Shown piece by piece: positions 25,082-35,995 of a stretch of DNA of 64,000 nucleotides; positions within the stretch are counted from its first letter, which is position 1; the number at the start of each line of letters is the position of its first letter. The stretch is from Pocillopora damicornis (lineage: Eukaryota). Made by a program: the position numbers and the translations under genes. Location: positions 682,001 through 746,000 of the forward strand of contig NW_020845867.1 of the NCBI RefSeq assembly GCF_003704095.1. Direction: 5' to 3'. The notes below the pieces were generated by a model. That model was not told the origin of the DNA. It saw only the letters and a program-made list of their open reading frames with translations, and made no database searches.

Positions 25082-28000
25082 TCAAGCTTTCTTATTGGGT
25101 GTGGGTTGCTGTTTTGGGCAGGGCTCCTCACATGTGTTGTCACGGTTACCAGGAAAGCAAGGCTTGCACACTGCTGCATGTGATTGCAGCTCTGACTCCT
25201 GTAGAATGACAAGGAAAAATGAACAGGCCTTGATTAGATCTGCGATAACTGCGTGCGGCAAATTTTTTTCATATTTTACTCAGCTTGATGTTTGGAATAT
25301 ATCTTCATCAACGTTTCTCTCTTACCTCGTCTTGTGTTAGTCTGAAATATCCACCGCCTCGCTGGTTAACACTCTCTTCCAGCGGAGATTGGCAATTCGT
25401 TCCTGATGATGTGTCAAACTTCAGTAACCTGAACAAACGGGATCTACAAAAGCAAAAACATATTCACGTATCATTGGAGCCATGTTAATCACAAACAAAG
25501 GGTTTTTGCTACTTGTATGACCGCAAAGATAGCAACGACAAGATCGCATATTACTAACCAACTGGGTGATTTTATTTGTGCATGTGCGTACAAATGCGAT
25601 TTACTGGGGTGGAGGAGTTGATCAAGAAGGAATTCTGAACCCTCCCCTTGCTCAATATAATATTTCTGACCCACCCCTGTTTAACCCCACTCCAAAAGTA
25701 CTGACGAGACTCTTACTTGAGACACGAGACAAATCTGTTGAGTATCAGAGACAAAACAGCGACAAGGACTTCATAAAGTAGTACATTTTCAAGCGATGAA
25801 TTCACGTAATAGAGAAAGAAGAAGAACGTCGGCGCTGTAAACCACACCTGCAATAAAGAACAATCAGCACATAAATATCAACAAAAGCAGATTCAGATTA
25901 GTCGGGAATTGTGTCAAATAGCTTGGTACTCTTCCTTTGTTCTTTACGCCGAACGAATAAAGCCAATTCCATTTGTGAAGTCCGATTATACCAGTTAAAT
26001 CCGATGTAGAATCCATATCACACTCGACTTTGCGTAAAACCCGTATTGGAGTTACATCCGGGCCCAAGTCAAACCCGAGTCAAACCCGAGTTCACGTCGA
26101 ATCCAAACCAAGGTTAACTCCAAGAGAGAGAAGGAGCATCGGAAGGTTCGATTCCTCAAGAAGACTCCTATTTCTTTTCTTTTTCTTACGCTCGTGACAA
26201 GACGAAAAACATCTTTACATACTCCAAGGGAGACTTTTACCAGAACTCGAGTAAAATCTGAGTTAACTTGCATCGGAGTCAAAAGCAAATTCCGGATCAA
26301 CTCCGAGGGCGAGTCACATCCGATCTTGACCCAGGTCAAATTCGAAGTCGACTCTAGGCTTAGGTCAAAGTTAGGCTATAAGACTTGCTATGGAACATCG
26401 TGACAAAAACCAACGTGATAAGATATCGGCTTTCTCCATTGCTATTAGACCACCTAATAAATATAGAATATAGAAAAAATTTCATCCCTCCAATCAGGTA
26501 AACGACAGTAATTCTTACCAGCCATTCTGTGTAGCTATAGAATGTATCAGCATAGTAGTAGTAGTTTTCTCGTTGAAGTCTTAACATTACTATTGTAACA
26601 ATGAATGAAGCGAAAATAAAGCCATAGACTCCGACCATAAAGCGATCAGCCAAAGTTAACTCCTGCCAATGAAACAAAACAAAAATTACATATGGGTAAT
26701 TCATAGAAGAACGCACCAGAACAAGGGACGAAATTATTTCTGTAGTAGAATTCTTAGTATTTCCAAATGCCAAGTTACCGGTGTATCAGGTGTTTGTTCA
26801 CTGACAGTGGCATGAAACATAACAGCAGACACCAAAAGTGAACTGTGAATAAAGAAGGAAAAGAAAGAAATAAAGAAACACAAATTTTAGATAAAAAGTT
26901 GTTCTCAAGACAGCCGCTAAACTAAGAAAATTTAGCGCAAACACTTTTAAATAGTGATATTTTTACTTGTTTGGTCTAGCGCACACCGCAGAATCTTCTC
27001 TCGAAAAGGAACTGTGGTTGTTCGAGAAAAAAAACAAATATAGATAGCAAACTTCTCTTCCAGATCGAATTAAATTTTTTTTTTCAGAAGATAAACGTTT
27101 ATTACTTGCTGAATTTCGTCAGCAGAATAGACCGTGGTCTTTTTTTCTTTTCATCAAAAATCCCCTACGTAAGGCAGTAGTTCTTCTTTAAGGCTTGCTC
27201 ACTAAAAAACTAGATCGACATGTAATTAGTCTCAGAAACACATGCATTTAATACACTTACCCATCGATCCACAATCGCATTGAGGCGTCATTTGGTGGAA
27301 TAGAAAATGAAAAACAGACCTGAGGAGGAGAGGAAAAAAGTACATTTTATATGTCACGTTCACTCAGGGGTAGTTTTAACTAACGCCTTAACAATTCTAA
27401 AACAGTAGCTCTCGCCTCGCAATCGGAAATAACTTTGCCAAGTCAAGAGAGAGACCAGTGGTGACAGTATTTTAACTATAAGTGCATTCTACTTGGTCGC
27501 TGAGAATTGACGGGAGCTAATTGACAGCATCATATCTCAGACTCTGTCCACCTGCAATGCACGTTCGACTCTGGTAAGGCAAAAGTATGATAAAAATGTT
27601 GTACGTGAGGTTGTCGCACCAAAAGAACGTACTAAAATGCATTTAACTCTACATGACGGGTTACGCATATAGCTCAGCTCACAGGATGCAAATTGAAATG
27701 GGTTGGAAAAGGCAGCGAGAACTTGTAAACACTTCAGCTTTTCCTTCGCTTTCTCTCCACGTATTGCACCAGTGTAATAATATATCGTGCGACGAGATGG
27801 ATGTGACAATTACATAATTCCACTACACTTTTATTTACATTTTCAAGTAACTTTTCTCGGTATTCAGATACTTACTACAAGCACTATAAAAAGAGGAGGT
27901 AAAAATATCTTGAAAAACGCTGCACGCTTGTGTCTCCTCATGTGAAATAAAAATTCATAGCGAGACACTCCTTGGTCCAAAAACGGGTTGTACCTGAAAA

Positions 28001-31000
28001 ATAAAATGTTTTAAAACAAATCCCATCTCAATCACCAGTATCAATAATATATCTAAGAGAGTTACTTTTAGTTGGGTATTGAGAGTAGGGCAATTTTCAA
28101 TTAACCCTAACTCCCATAAGTGACCAAGACAGAATTTCTCCTTACAATATCTATACAATATCAACCAGATAAGTGATGAGAATAAAGGAAAAGATCAATT
28201 TGGGGATAATTAGTTGATCCAATACCAAATTCTTAGAACTAACGTTATAAGAATTGTATGGTTGAGAGTAGGGAGAATTACAAATTTGATCTTGGAGTTA
28301 AAGGGTTAAGTGTTGAAAGTAATGCAGGAATGCATTGGTTTTCCTCTACTTTGCTCAGTGATTGGTCCAGAAAACTTGCACCACACACTCTAAAAACTAA
28401 CACCAATCACAACCTGGTTGCCAGCTTTTTCTTGCACTTTATGTGGTTGTCTTGTTTTTACTTTGAGTTCTTATTGGCTCTTCAAAAAGTTCACTAATCT
28501 AGGGTATTGTTTTGGGTTTATTATGCATTGTGATTGGATCAGAAATCTGGTGTCACCCTTGCAACAAATAAGATATAAAACCAGTCATAGATTAGAACTA
28601 AGTCCCAGTTTTATTACAATTTAGCATCTGGTTGGTTGAGAAGTTGGCGCATGTTTTTGGGACCAATCAAATAGATTGGAGAAGCAAAACCACTGCAAAA
28701 TCCCAAATTATTTATGATGACACTGATACACTGGTAACATACCTTTCATAAACCATCTGTGACCAAGAGTTGGTATCAAATAACCAGCCAGTATAGTTTA
28801 GTGTTGGTGAAACTCCACCCCGGAATTTGAAATCACTGTCATCTGATCCCTACAAATGCATTTTAAAAAGGAAGCAAGCTTAAGTTGATTTTTGATAACC
28901 AATGAAATTTAAAGAGAAATCAACCAAGAGCATAATGACAGAGCGTTTTCACCCCATGTGACAAGTATGGCGCTATGAATGCTTTTATTGAAACACATTG
29001 CCGACCAAAAATACCCTGAAAAACCCTGGCTTCAGAGGGTTGGAACCCTCCCATTATTTAGTTGGGTGAGTCACCACCAAATGAACTAGGAAGTCACTTT
29101 GGGAATTGAAAGGGTTCTTCATCTTCATAGAGGAATCTGATCGTAATCAAATAAAGTGCTGTAAGTGATAATTTGGCCTGCTGTCTACAGGTCAAAGTAT
29201 TGCATTCACTTGAACAAGTTGGATGAAATGGAGATTGGAAAACTAATCAAAAATAGGTAGCTACATGCCTATCATATTGAAAATTAGTAAACCCTTTACA
29301 CCCTAACATCAATATGCATATTCTCCATACTGTTCCCCATACATTTCCAAAGAGGCTGACAGGGAGAATTTGTTTCACAATCAAGAGCTGCTTTAGTTGG
29401 TGATCATCTCATCTACTTTCATGAATTTCATGCTTGATTCAGGGGTAATATAGGGGCTAAAAGATTAATAGTGCACTTAAGATTTTTGAAATTCTGTACC
29501 TGCATAACTTTCCATCTAAGCTCCTTTGCAGTCATTTCCATATCTTGTATTACAATTTTCAGTGTTTGATTGTCATAGCTGTACAAGAAAAAACAAAGCA
29601 AATTCAAGATCTTTCATTACAAAGTATTGGAACAATTGTTGTAAGCACAAATTGTCAATTAGTAAATTCACCACACTTACGGATAGTCCTGAAGATCTGC
29701 TGCAAAGTTAAAAGCTGATTTCACCCTGAAATACTTTCCTTCATGGCTGGAGACCTGCAAAGATTTCATGTGTATGTTGGAACGTTTTTTGTTTTTGTTT
29801 TTTTTAACACCTTGTTTTACACATCCTCCCATTTTCCCATTCACCTCATTTTACCCATCTCCTTTGTATTTCACTTAGATTTATGACCCACCTACTTCAC
29901 ACTTAGCTGGGCCATAAATCTAAGAAGAAGAAAACAAAGTTAAACTTTGTAACTTGCAGCTTGGACCTCAGACTCAAATGTTAAGAGGTATCAATTTTTT
30001 CCTGAGGAAAAGTGAGCAAAACTAGTTTGAAATTTTGCAGTTACCTGTGGTGTCATAAATGTCATAATTGATCTAAATAAGTTTAGAGGTAACATCATGG
30101 AATATCTCTCTCTCTAAGGGATTAGTTATAAACAGATACTGATGGTTCTACTGACCTCTGCTTGGCCAGCAGCATTTACAAGCTCAAAGCAAGCTCCTCT
30201 AAGACCATCTTTACATTTCTGTTTTGTATACATTGTCTGTCCTTCAGGTACTGTATTATATACAAAAGAAAATGTTCCTGACTTATTTCATACATATTTC
30301 TTATTTATAGCAATATTCTAATGTTCAGAAAGTCCAGTGTTACCTAATGAATGGCCAGCCTTCTATTCCCCTTCTATTTAGTAACTTAGTTAAAAATCTC
30401 ATTTTTGCTCATACTTAAACCCTTTATATACCCAAACATCGGTATGCATTTTCTCCACACTGTCCTCTATACTTTTCCTGTGGTGCTAACAAGGAGAATT
30501 TGTTCAACAGTCAAGAGCTTATTTAGCCGGAGATCATTTCCCTTATTCTCACCAACTTCATGCGTGATTCAGGGGTAATTTTTTTAGGAGAAATTAGATG
30601 CTAGTCACCCTTTAGGATCAAAGGGTTGAAGTGTCAACTAGGGGCAGAGGCAGGAGCCAGAGCAAACAGGTACTGGCCTGAGGATCAGAAAATTATATAC
30701 TATCATTGCCATCATAATAATCATTCTTACTGTTTTTGTTAACATTCTCTCTTCCTTGATTAAAAAATCTTTATCATTATAAGTACTAATTTATATATTG
30801 TTGTTTCTGTTTTGATTATCATCTGCATATCACTATAATCATATTTTGTGATTTTAAACTCCTGATATAGCATGAGAAGGTACAATAATTAAACAGCTAT
30901 TTGTTTCTTGATAGCATCATCTGTCAGTGACATAACAGGCATACAGATTTCACCTAGAGTTTGAGCTAACTCTTGTGTGTGGGAATCTTTTAATGCACCT

Positions 31001-32419
31001 GAGAGGATGTCATTGAAACAAAAAAATCTGAATGTAGTCCACACCTTTGAAGTACAGATAGAAATCAGCATGAAAGGTTCCAGCCTTTAAATCCACAGAA
31101 TGGAGATTTATAAGATAAAGAGCAATCTCAACATACACAGTCTTCTGCTCACTAACAACCTCTGGGCATTTCTCATAATAATACCTGACGAGATAATGTA
31201 AAGATATGTAAACAGATTTTATAGTAGATACACTTAACATCTTACACAACAAAAAACCTTAAAACATTTGATTTAATTCAAAACTTAAGCAAAGATCATG
31301 TGACAAGAAAGGGTACGTTTTGTGAAATTTAGATGCGGTTTCCCTTTGGGATCTTCGTAGGACAAAATCTAAATTTTGTCCGAGGGTGCATTTCAAAAAA
31401 TTTCATTCTGAGGTATGCCAAGTGTTTCATAACGCCATGCAAATATTTCAAACCAATTTCAAAGAAATTCAGTAAAACCTTTTCAGTAAAACCTGCAGCT
31501 CAGCTTTCATTTTTGTCCATTCCAAACGGCAAAGCTTCTTCAATAACCTTTAATTCCATGTAAAGAAGATATCATATTCCAAGTAACATTTTATTGCGTG
31601 CAAGTGCTTCATACAACAAAAAAAATTGAAAAAGGGTAATAGAAGAAATCAGCAATATTTTATGGAGAAAATGACGCGAAAAAATTGATGAATAGCACTA
31701 AAAAGATCAGGCTCAAATGAACTAAAAGTAACCACGTGAGTTGAAGAGGATTTTAACTTAAAACCGGTCATTCAGTTCACTGAACTTTATAACTGCCTGA
31801 AAAGTAAACAGTGTTAAAATCGAGAACCTTACAGGAAAAATTTTTACATCGTGTACACCAATTTATTTATCGAAGTCGTGTGAGGTGAAATAACGCCATT
31901 ATTGTACTAACAGACGGCCATACAGGATGATAGCATCATTACTTTCATTTCCTGATAACAATGTTCTAAAGAACTCCAAACATGGCTAATTGCAAAAATT
32001 TGAGTATGAGGCTGACATAAATTGTCATGTCCGCTGTGGAACACAAGACTAGCGTGGTTGTCGAAGCGAGAAAGTGTTTACTGTGATGTGATCGTGAATT
32101 AATAGCTTTCCATCGTGAATTAATAAGCTTACCATTCTGCTCTGCAATCGTAACCTTTCTTTGAACCCGCAAGATTGCCAGGAATACACGAAGCACAGTT
32201 TGTACAGTTCTCTAAAGAATGGATCGCCCCAGGTTTGTGGCAATGATCACCGCATTTGTCGCAAAATCCGCAGTTTCCATCGTTCAGACACCAGGTGCAG
32301 TTTCGTCCCCGCGATAAGCAATCGTCATCGTCAACATAGGCAACGGACGAACAGAGTTTTAACGATATCACAAGTCCAACTATAACACAGAAACTGTTTA
32401 CAATCCAACTTGAACACAT
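25082..32419 (-). CDS. Cys-less (Pro-loop, GLIC/ELIC-like) pentameric ligand-gated ion channel subunit with N-terminal Cys-rich domain, 505 aa
   Basis: Thirteen GT-AG exons, all phases consistent, 1518 nt: 32419-32133, 31184-31045, 30250-30156, 29754-29681, 29578-29500, 28849-28743, 27993-27876, 27319-27261, 26842-26779, 26662-26519, 25847-25717, 25428-25326, 25198-25082. Motifs: VEIALYLINLHSVDLKAGTFHADFYLYF, FELVN, ADLQDYPYDNQTLKIVI, MRR-HKRAAFFKIFLPPLFIVLVVCFSF (M1), RLWIDGSLLVSAVMFHATVSEQTPDTPELTLADRF (M2-M3). Confidence 0.88.
28101..28309. mobile_element. piggyBac-type MITE
   Basis: TTAA-CCCT...AGGG-TTAA termini with extended TIR (taactccc/ggagttaa). Confidence 0.8.
30416..30629. mobile_element. 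piggyBac-type MITE
   Basis: aacccttta...aaagggtt termini; interior shared with 7042, 29289, 33775, 46811 (reverse) and 50371. Confidence 0.75.
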
Positions 32420-33210
32420 CCTGCGTCAAATTCAACGGACACAAACGTTTCCCATAAATTTCCACTAAGACATAAAATTCCAGCTGAAAACTTAGAATTT
32501 TGTTGGGGTTTTAAAATTCGCAACTACGCATGTCTGGTAGTTTTAATGACGTTATCTAAAACATGTGATTGGTTGCACCATTCCCGCCAAATAAAGTGGT
32601 TTTTCCCTGAGAAGAGAAACAATTCTTCTTGTAACTTTCGAGAAATCGTCCATTTTTATTTTGTTTCATAAGATCACTCAACTTAACGAATTAAATAATT
32701 GCTCAAATGAAATCAAAATTAAACTTTGGTCAGGTTCTGCATAATTTATGAAGAGAAATGAAAAACAAATGATAATAGTTTGCCACCAGCGACCAGATGC
32801 TTTTGCGAGCATTCATCGGGAACTGTTCGATGTAATCAGTCCAAAGTGTTTACCATGGACGCGAAATATTATGTAGAGTTCAGGAATTGCAATGAATTCT
32901 ATCCGAACAATGATTTATGCGGATAGATAACTATATAACTATATACAACTAGGGTAAATAACTCAACCTAAAATTCTCAACCCTGAGAATTTAACACATA
33001 TTGGATTACTTTTGAGTAGACTTTTATTCTTGGAAAAAGGAAAAACAACATGAAAATAAAAAAACATCTATCGGCAGCCAGAATCTCCCACCCCTCCCCC
33101 ATTCTTAAAAGCGAGGAGGCGTTCTCAATCAGATTGGCCAGCGGACGAATAGGGACACAACAATAACCATAAATGAATAGCCGAATACGAATTGTTCTCC
33201 TTGAAACAAA

Positions 33211-34953
33211 ATGGCGGAGCTTAGTGCATATCGGGATCAACATTTTAGGGTAGGTATTCATTCCAGAGGTTTCTTTTCTCACCATGATTCAGATGTTACG
33301 CTTTCCAATAAATTAAAATTTCTTCTCTGTCTCGTTGTTGTCATAGGGCACTCGCGGAGAGCTGGAAAATCTGCTAGAAACCAGTTCGACATTGTATGTC
33401 GGGAATCTGTCTTTTTACACTACGGAAGAACAGATTTATGAGTTATTCGCTCGCGCAGGAGACTTAAAAAGGATTATAATGGGATTGGACAAAGTGAAAA
33501 AGACCCCTTGCGGATTTTGCTTCATAGAGTATCCTTTTACATTAATAAAGCTTTGAATGACAATCTTTTCTTTCATGCGCTTGAAAACGTGATAGCGAAA
33601 TGTGGTTGCAAATTGATTTACCATTAAATAAAAAGTTATGAAAGAAATTGATGTCGTCGCCATAAACTTGTCGCCATTCTCTAGTTAACAGTTTTGTTTC
33701 AAACCTTCGGCGTTTTTTTATTTGTAATTGCCATAAACCAGAGTGATTTCGGTCACAAACTGGTATTCTGGAAATTAACCCTTTACAACCCAGCATCTGT
33801 ATACATATTCTCTATACTGTTCTCCATATATTTACAGTGGTACTGATCAGGAGAATTTGTTCGTTAATCAAGAGGTTCTTTAGTTGGTGGTCATTGCTTT
33901 TCTTCTTATCACTTTAATGTTTGGCTTAAAGCCGTAATTCTGTAAAGAGAAATTAGATATTAGTCACTCTTAGGAGTTAAAGGGTTTACGTGGCTGTACA
34001 GAAGAGGTCATCAAGATGTAAGATTTAGTTGTGCAACAATTGTCTTGTTTTGGTCATGATGATTTCACTTCCTTAGCTTTCCACAAGATATTACACACGG
34101 GAGGATGCACAAAATGCCATGTGGTACATCAATGGAACAAGACTAGATGATCGTATTATACGAACAGACTGGGATGCAGGTTTCATAGAAGGACGTCAAT
34201 ATGGTCGTGGGAAAAGTGGGGGTCAGGTAGGACACTTAATGGTTCATACACGTAGCACCATATGATATACCTTGGAAATTTTGCAGGTTTGATGTTTCCA
34301 GATTTTGCAGAATACCCTTCATCAACAATAAAAATAGTTGCCAGCACAACAAAATATGGGATAACTTAAGGCCTCAAAAATGACTTCCTTGAGGTTACTG
34401 TCAACAAAATAAGGTACCTTCTGGAAAAAATCATCCAATATGTGCTACTTTTAAAGAAACCATAGAAAACTGCACATCACTGTAAAGCTTATAAAGTATA
34501 AATTATGAAAATAAAATGTTTCACAGTTTTTGTTTTGGTAGGTGAGTGTAAGCCTTTAAATACAGCACTAACAACGTTTGCTTGACTGAATTACGGGTCT
34601 CCTTGTTACTGTGAACCTCAAAACAAACTAGAAGGAATTACTCAGCAGATAATAGGGTAAAAAAGAGTGGGAAGCTTTTTTGATATTTGATAGTCAGGGA
34701 GAATTTGCCTGCACATCACTCAACCGAGTTTTGGTCACCATCAGCCAATCATAGTCTACAAATATGTCAATGAAGAGGGATGTGCAACATTATTGTGGTT
34801 AAGCAGCCAAAAAAACATTTCTCTCTCCTTCATTTTCAGGTGCGAGATGAGTATAGAACTGATTTTGACCCTGGCAGAGGGGGTTTTGGTAAACAAGGGC
34901 AGCAGAGCTCAGGAGTTATAAGCGGTCCTCCGGTTGCTTACTCAAAGCGGTGA
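33211..34953 (+). CDS. NCBP2: Nuclear cap-binding protein subunit 2 (CBP20)
   Basis: Exons 33211-33249, 33347-33528, 34088-34226, 34840-34953. [71 protein letters not shown]. Confidence 0.98.
33529..34087 (+). other. U12-type (minor spliceosome) GT-AG intron
   Basis: 5' site GTATCCTTT, branch-site-like TTCCTTAGC about 10 nt before the AG, and no long pyrimidine tract. Splicing here restores FCFIE|YY. Confidence 0.9.
33775..33988. mobile_element. piggyBac-type MITE inside the NCBP2 U12 intron
   Basis: TTAACCCTTTAC...GTTAAAGGGTTTA termini. Confidence 0.8.
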
Positions 34954-35559
34954 CACATGCTTTGTATGCAGAGTTCTTTGACATTGAAACGAAAATGTGT
35001 TCTTTCTTTAGCTTCTCAGCTCGTGAAAAATACTAGTGATTCTAAAGGACAACAATAATAGGCTACAAGTGCAAATGTACATGTAGTACTATTTGATGTG
35101 GCTCTCCCAAGGATTCTATGCGCAAGTGTCATATAACTAAAGAAATATCAAAAAGCAAAAGGAATTAGTTTGGTTCAGGCCTTACGAAAAACACCATGTT
35201 TCCTCAGATCTCTCCTTAAGTAGAAGGCCAACAATTTTTGAGTTAAGTACAGTTACTGTGTGATTTTCTTAAGCACCCAAGCTGTTGCAGTAATAGCGAA
35301 GAGCACTGCTCAGTATCATTTTAAGTTTAAATGAAGTGCTGTTAAGGAACATCAATTTCTCCACATGTGCTATATGGATACAAGACTGATTTGGAAGAGG
35401 ATCAAGCAATCTATCACATGAACTCCTTCCTTTAATGAGGAAATTAGCAGTGTACAGGTGTGGTCACCATACAAAGTGTTGGAATTTTTTTCCTACTAAG
35501 CAGTAACCAGTGCATAAAAATATTTTTAACTGAAGTTGCTTTTTAAGTTGTAATAATTT

Positions 35560-35835
35560 TTTTACCTAGCATGTTAAGTTAATGCCATACCAATTGATTA
35601 AGTTAATTATCAATGATGTTTCTTCAATCTTACAAAAAACAGTCCATAAAAGTATGTACATGTACCAGTGTGTTTTCAATTATAATTTATTTTTACATCA
35701 CAATTTCATTTATTGACTACATCCTCTGAAACACTTGTATCTCCTTCCTTAAAAAAAAAAATGTTCTTTCACAATGTATTGCAAACACTGTAGGATTACG
35801 TTTCTTTCATGTCAAACATCTGGTGCCAACAGCTG
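35560..35835 (-). pseudogene. Degenerate tandem duplicate of the NUFIP1 terminal exon and 3'UTR
   Basis: Parallels 35843-36121. CGA has become TGA in LLAPDV*HERNVILQCLQYIVKEH, and there is an expanded poly-T run. Confidence 0.85.
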
Positions 35836-35995
35836 TTGTTGTTTTTACCTAGGATGTTAAGTTTATGCCATATCACCTGATTAAGTTAATTATCAATGAT
35901 GTTTCTTCAATCTTACAAAAAAACACAGTCCATAAAAGTATGTACATGTACCAGTATGTTTTCAATTATAATTTATTTTTACACTCATCACAATT

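Noticed and set aside
25489-25674. Hydrophobic ORF WLVICDLVVAIFAVIQV as an additional TM exon
   Set aside because: Its splice signals are weak and exons 11 and 12 already join in phase without it.
26360-26518. Hydrophobic read-through (VRITVVYLIGGMKFFLYSIFI) as the channel's M4
   Set aside because: A good donor (CTG|GTAAGA) and an in-phase downstream exon supply M4. A retained-intron isoform is not excluded but is unsupported.
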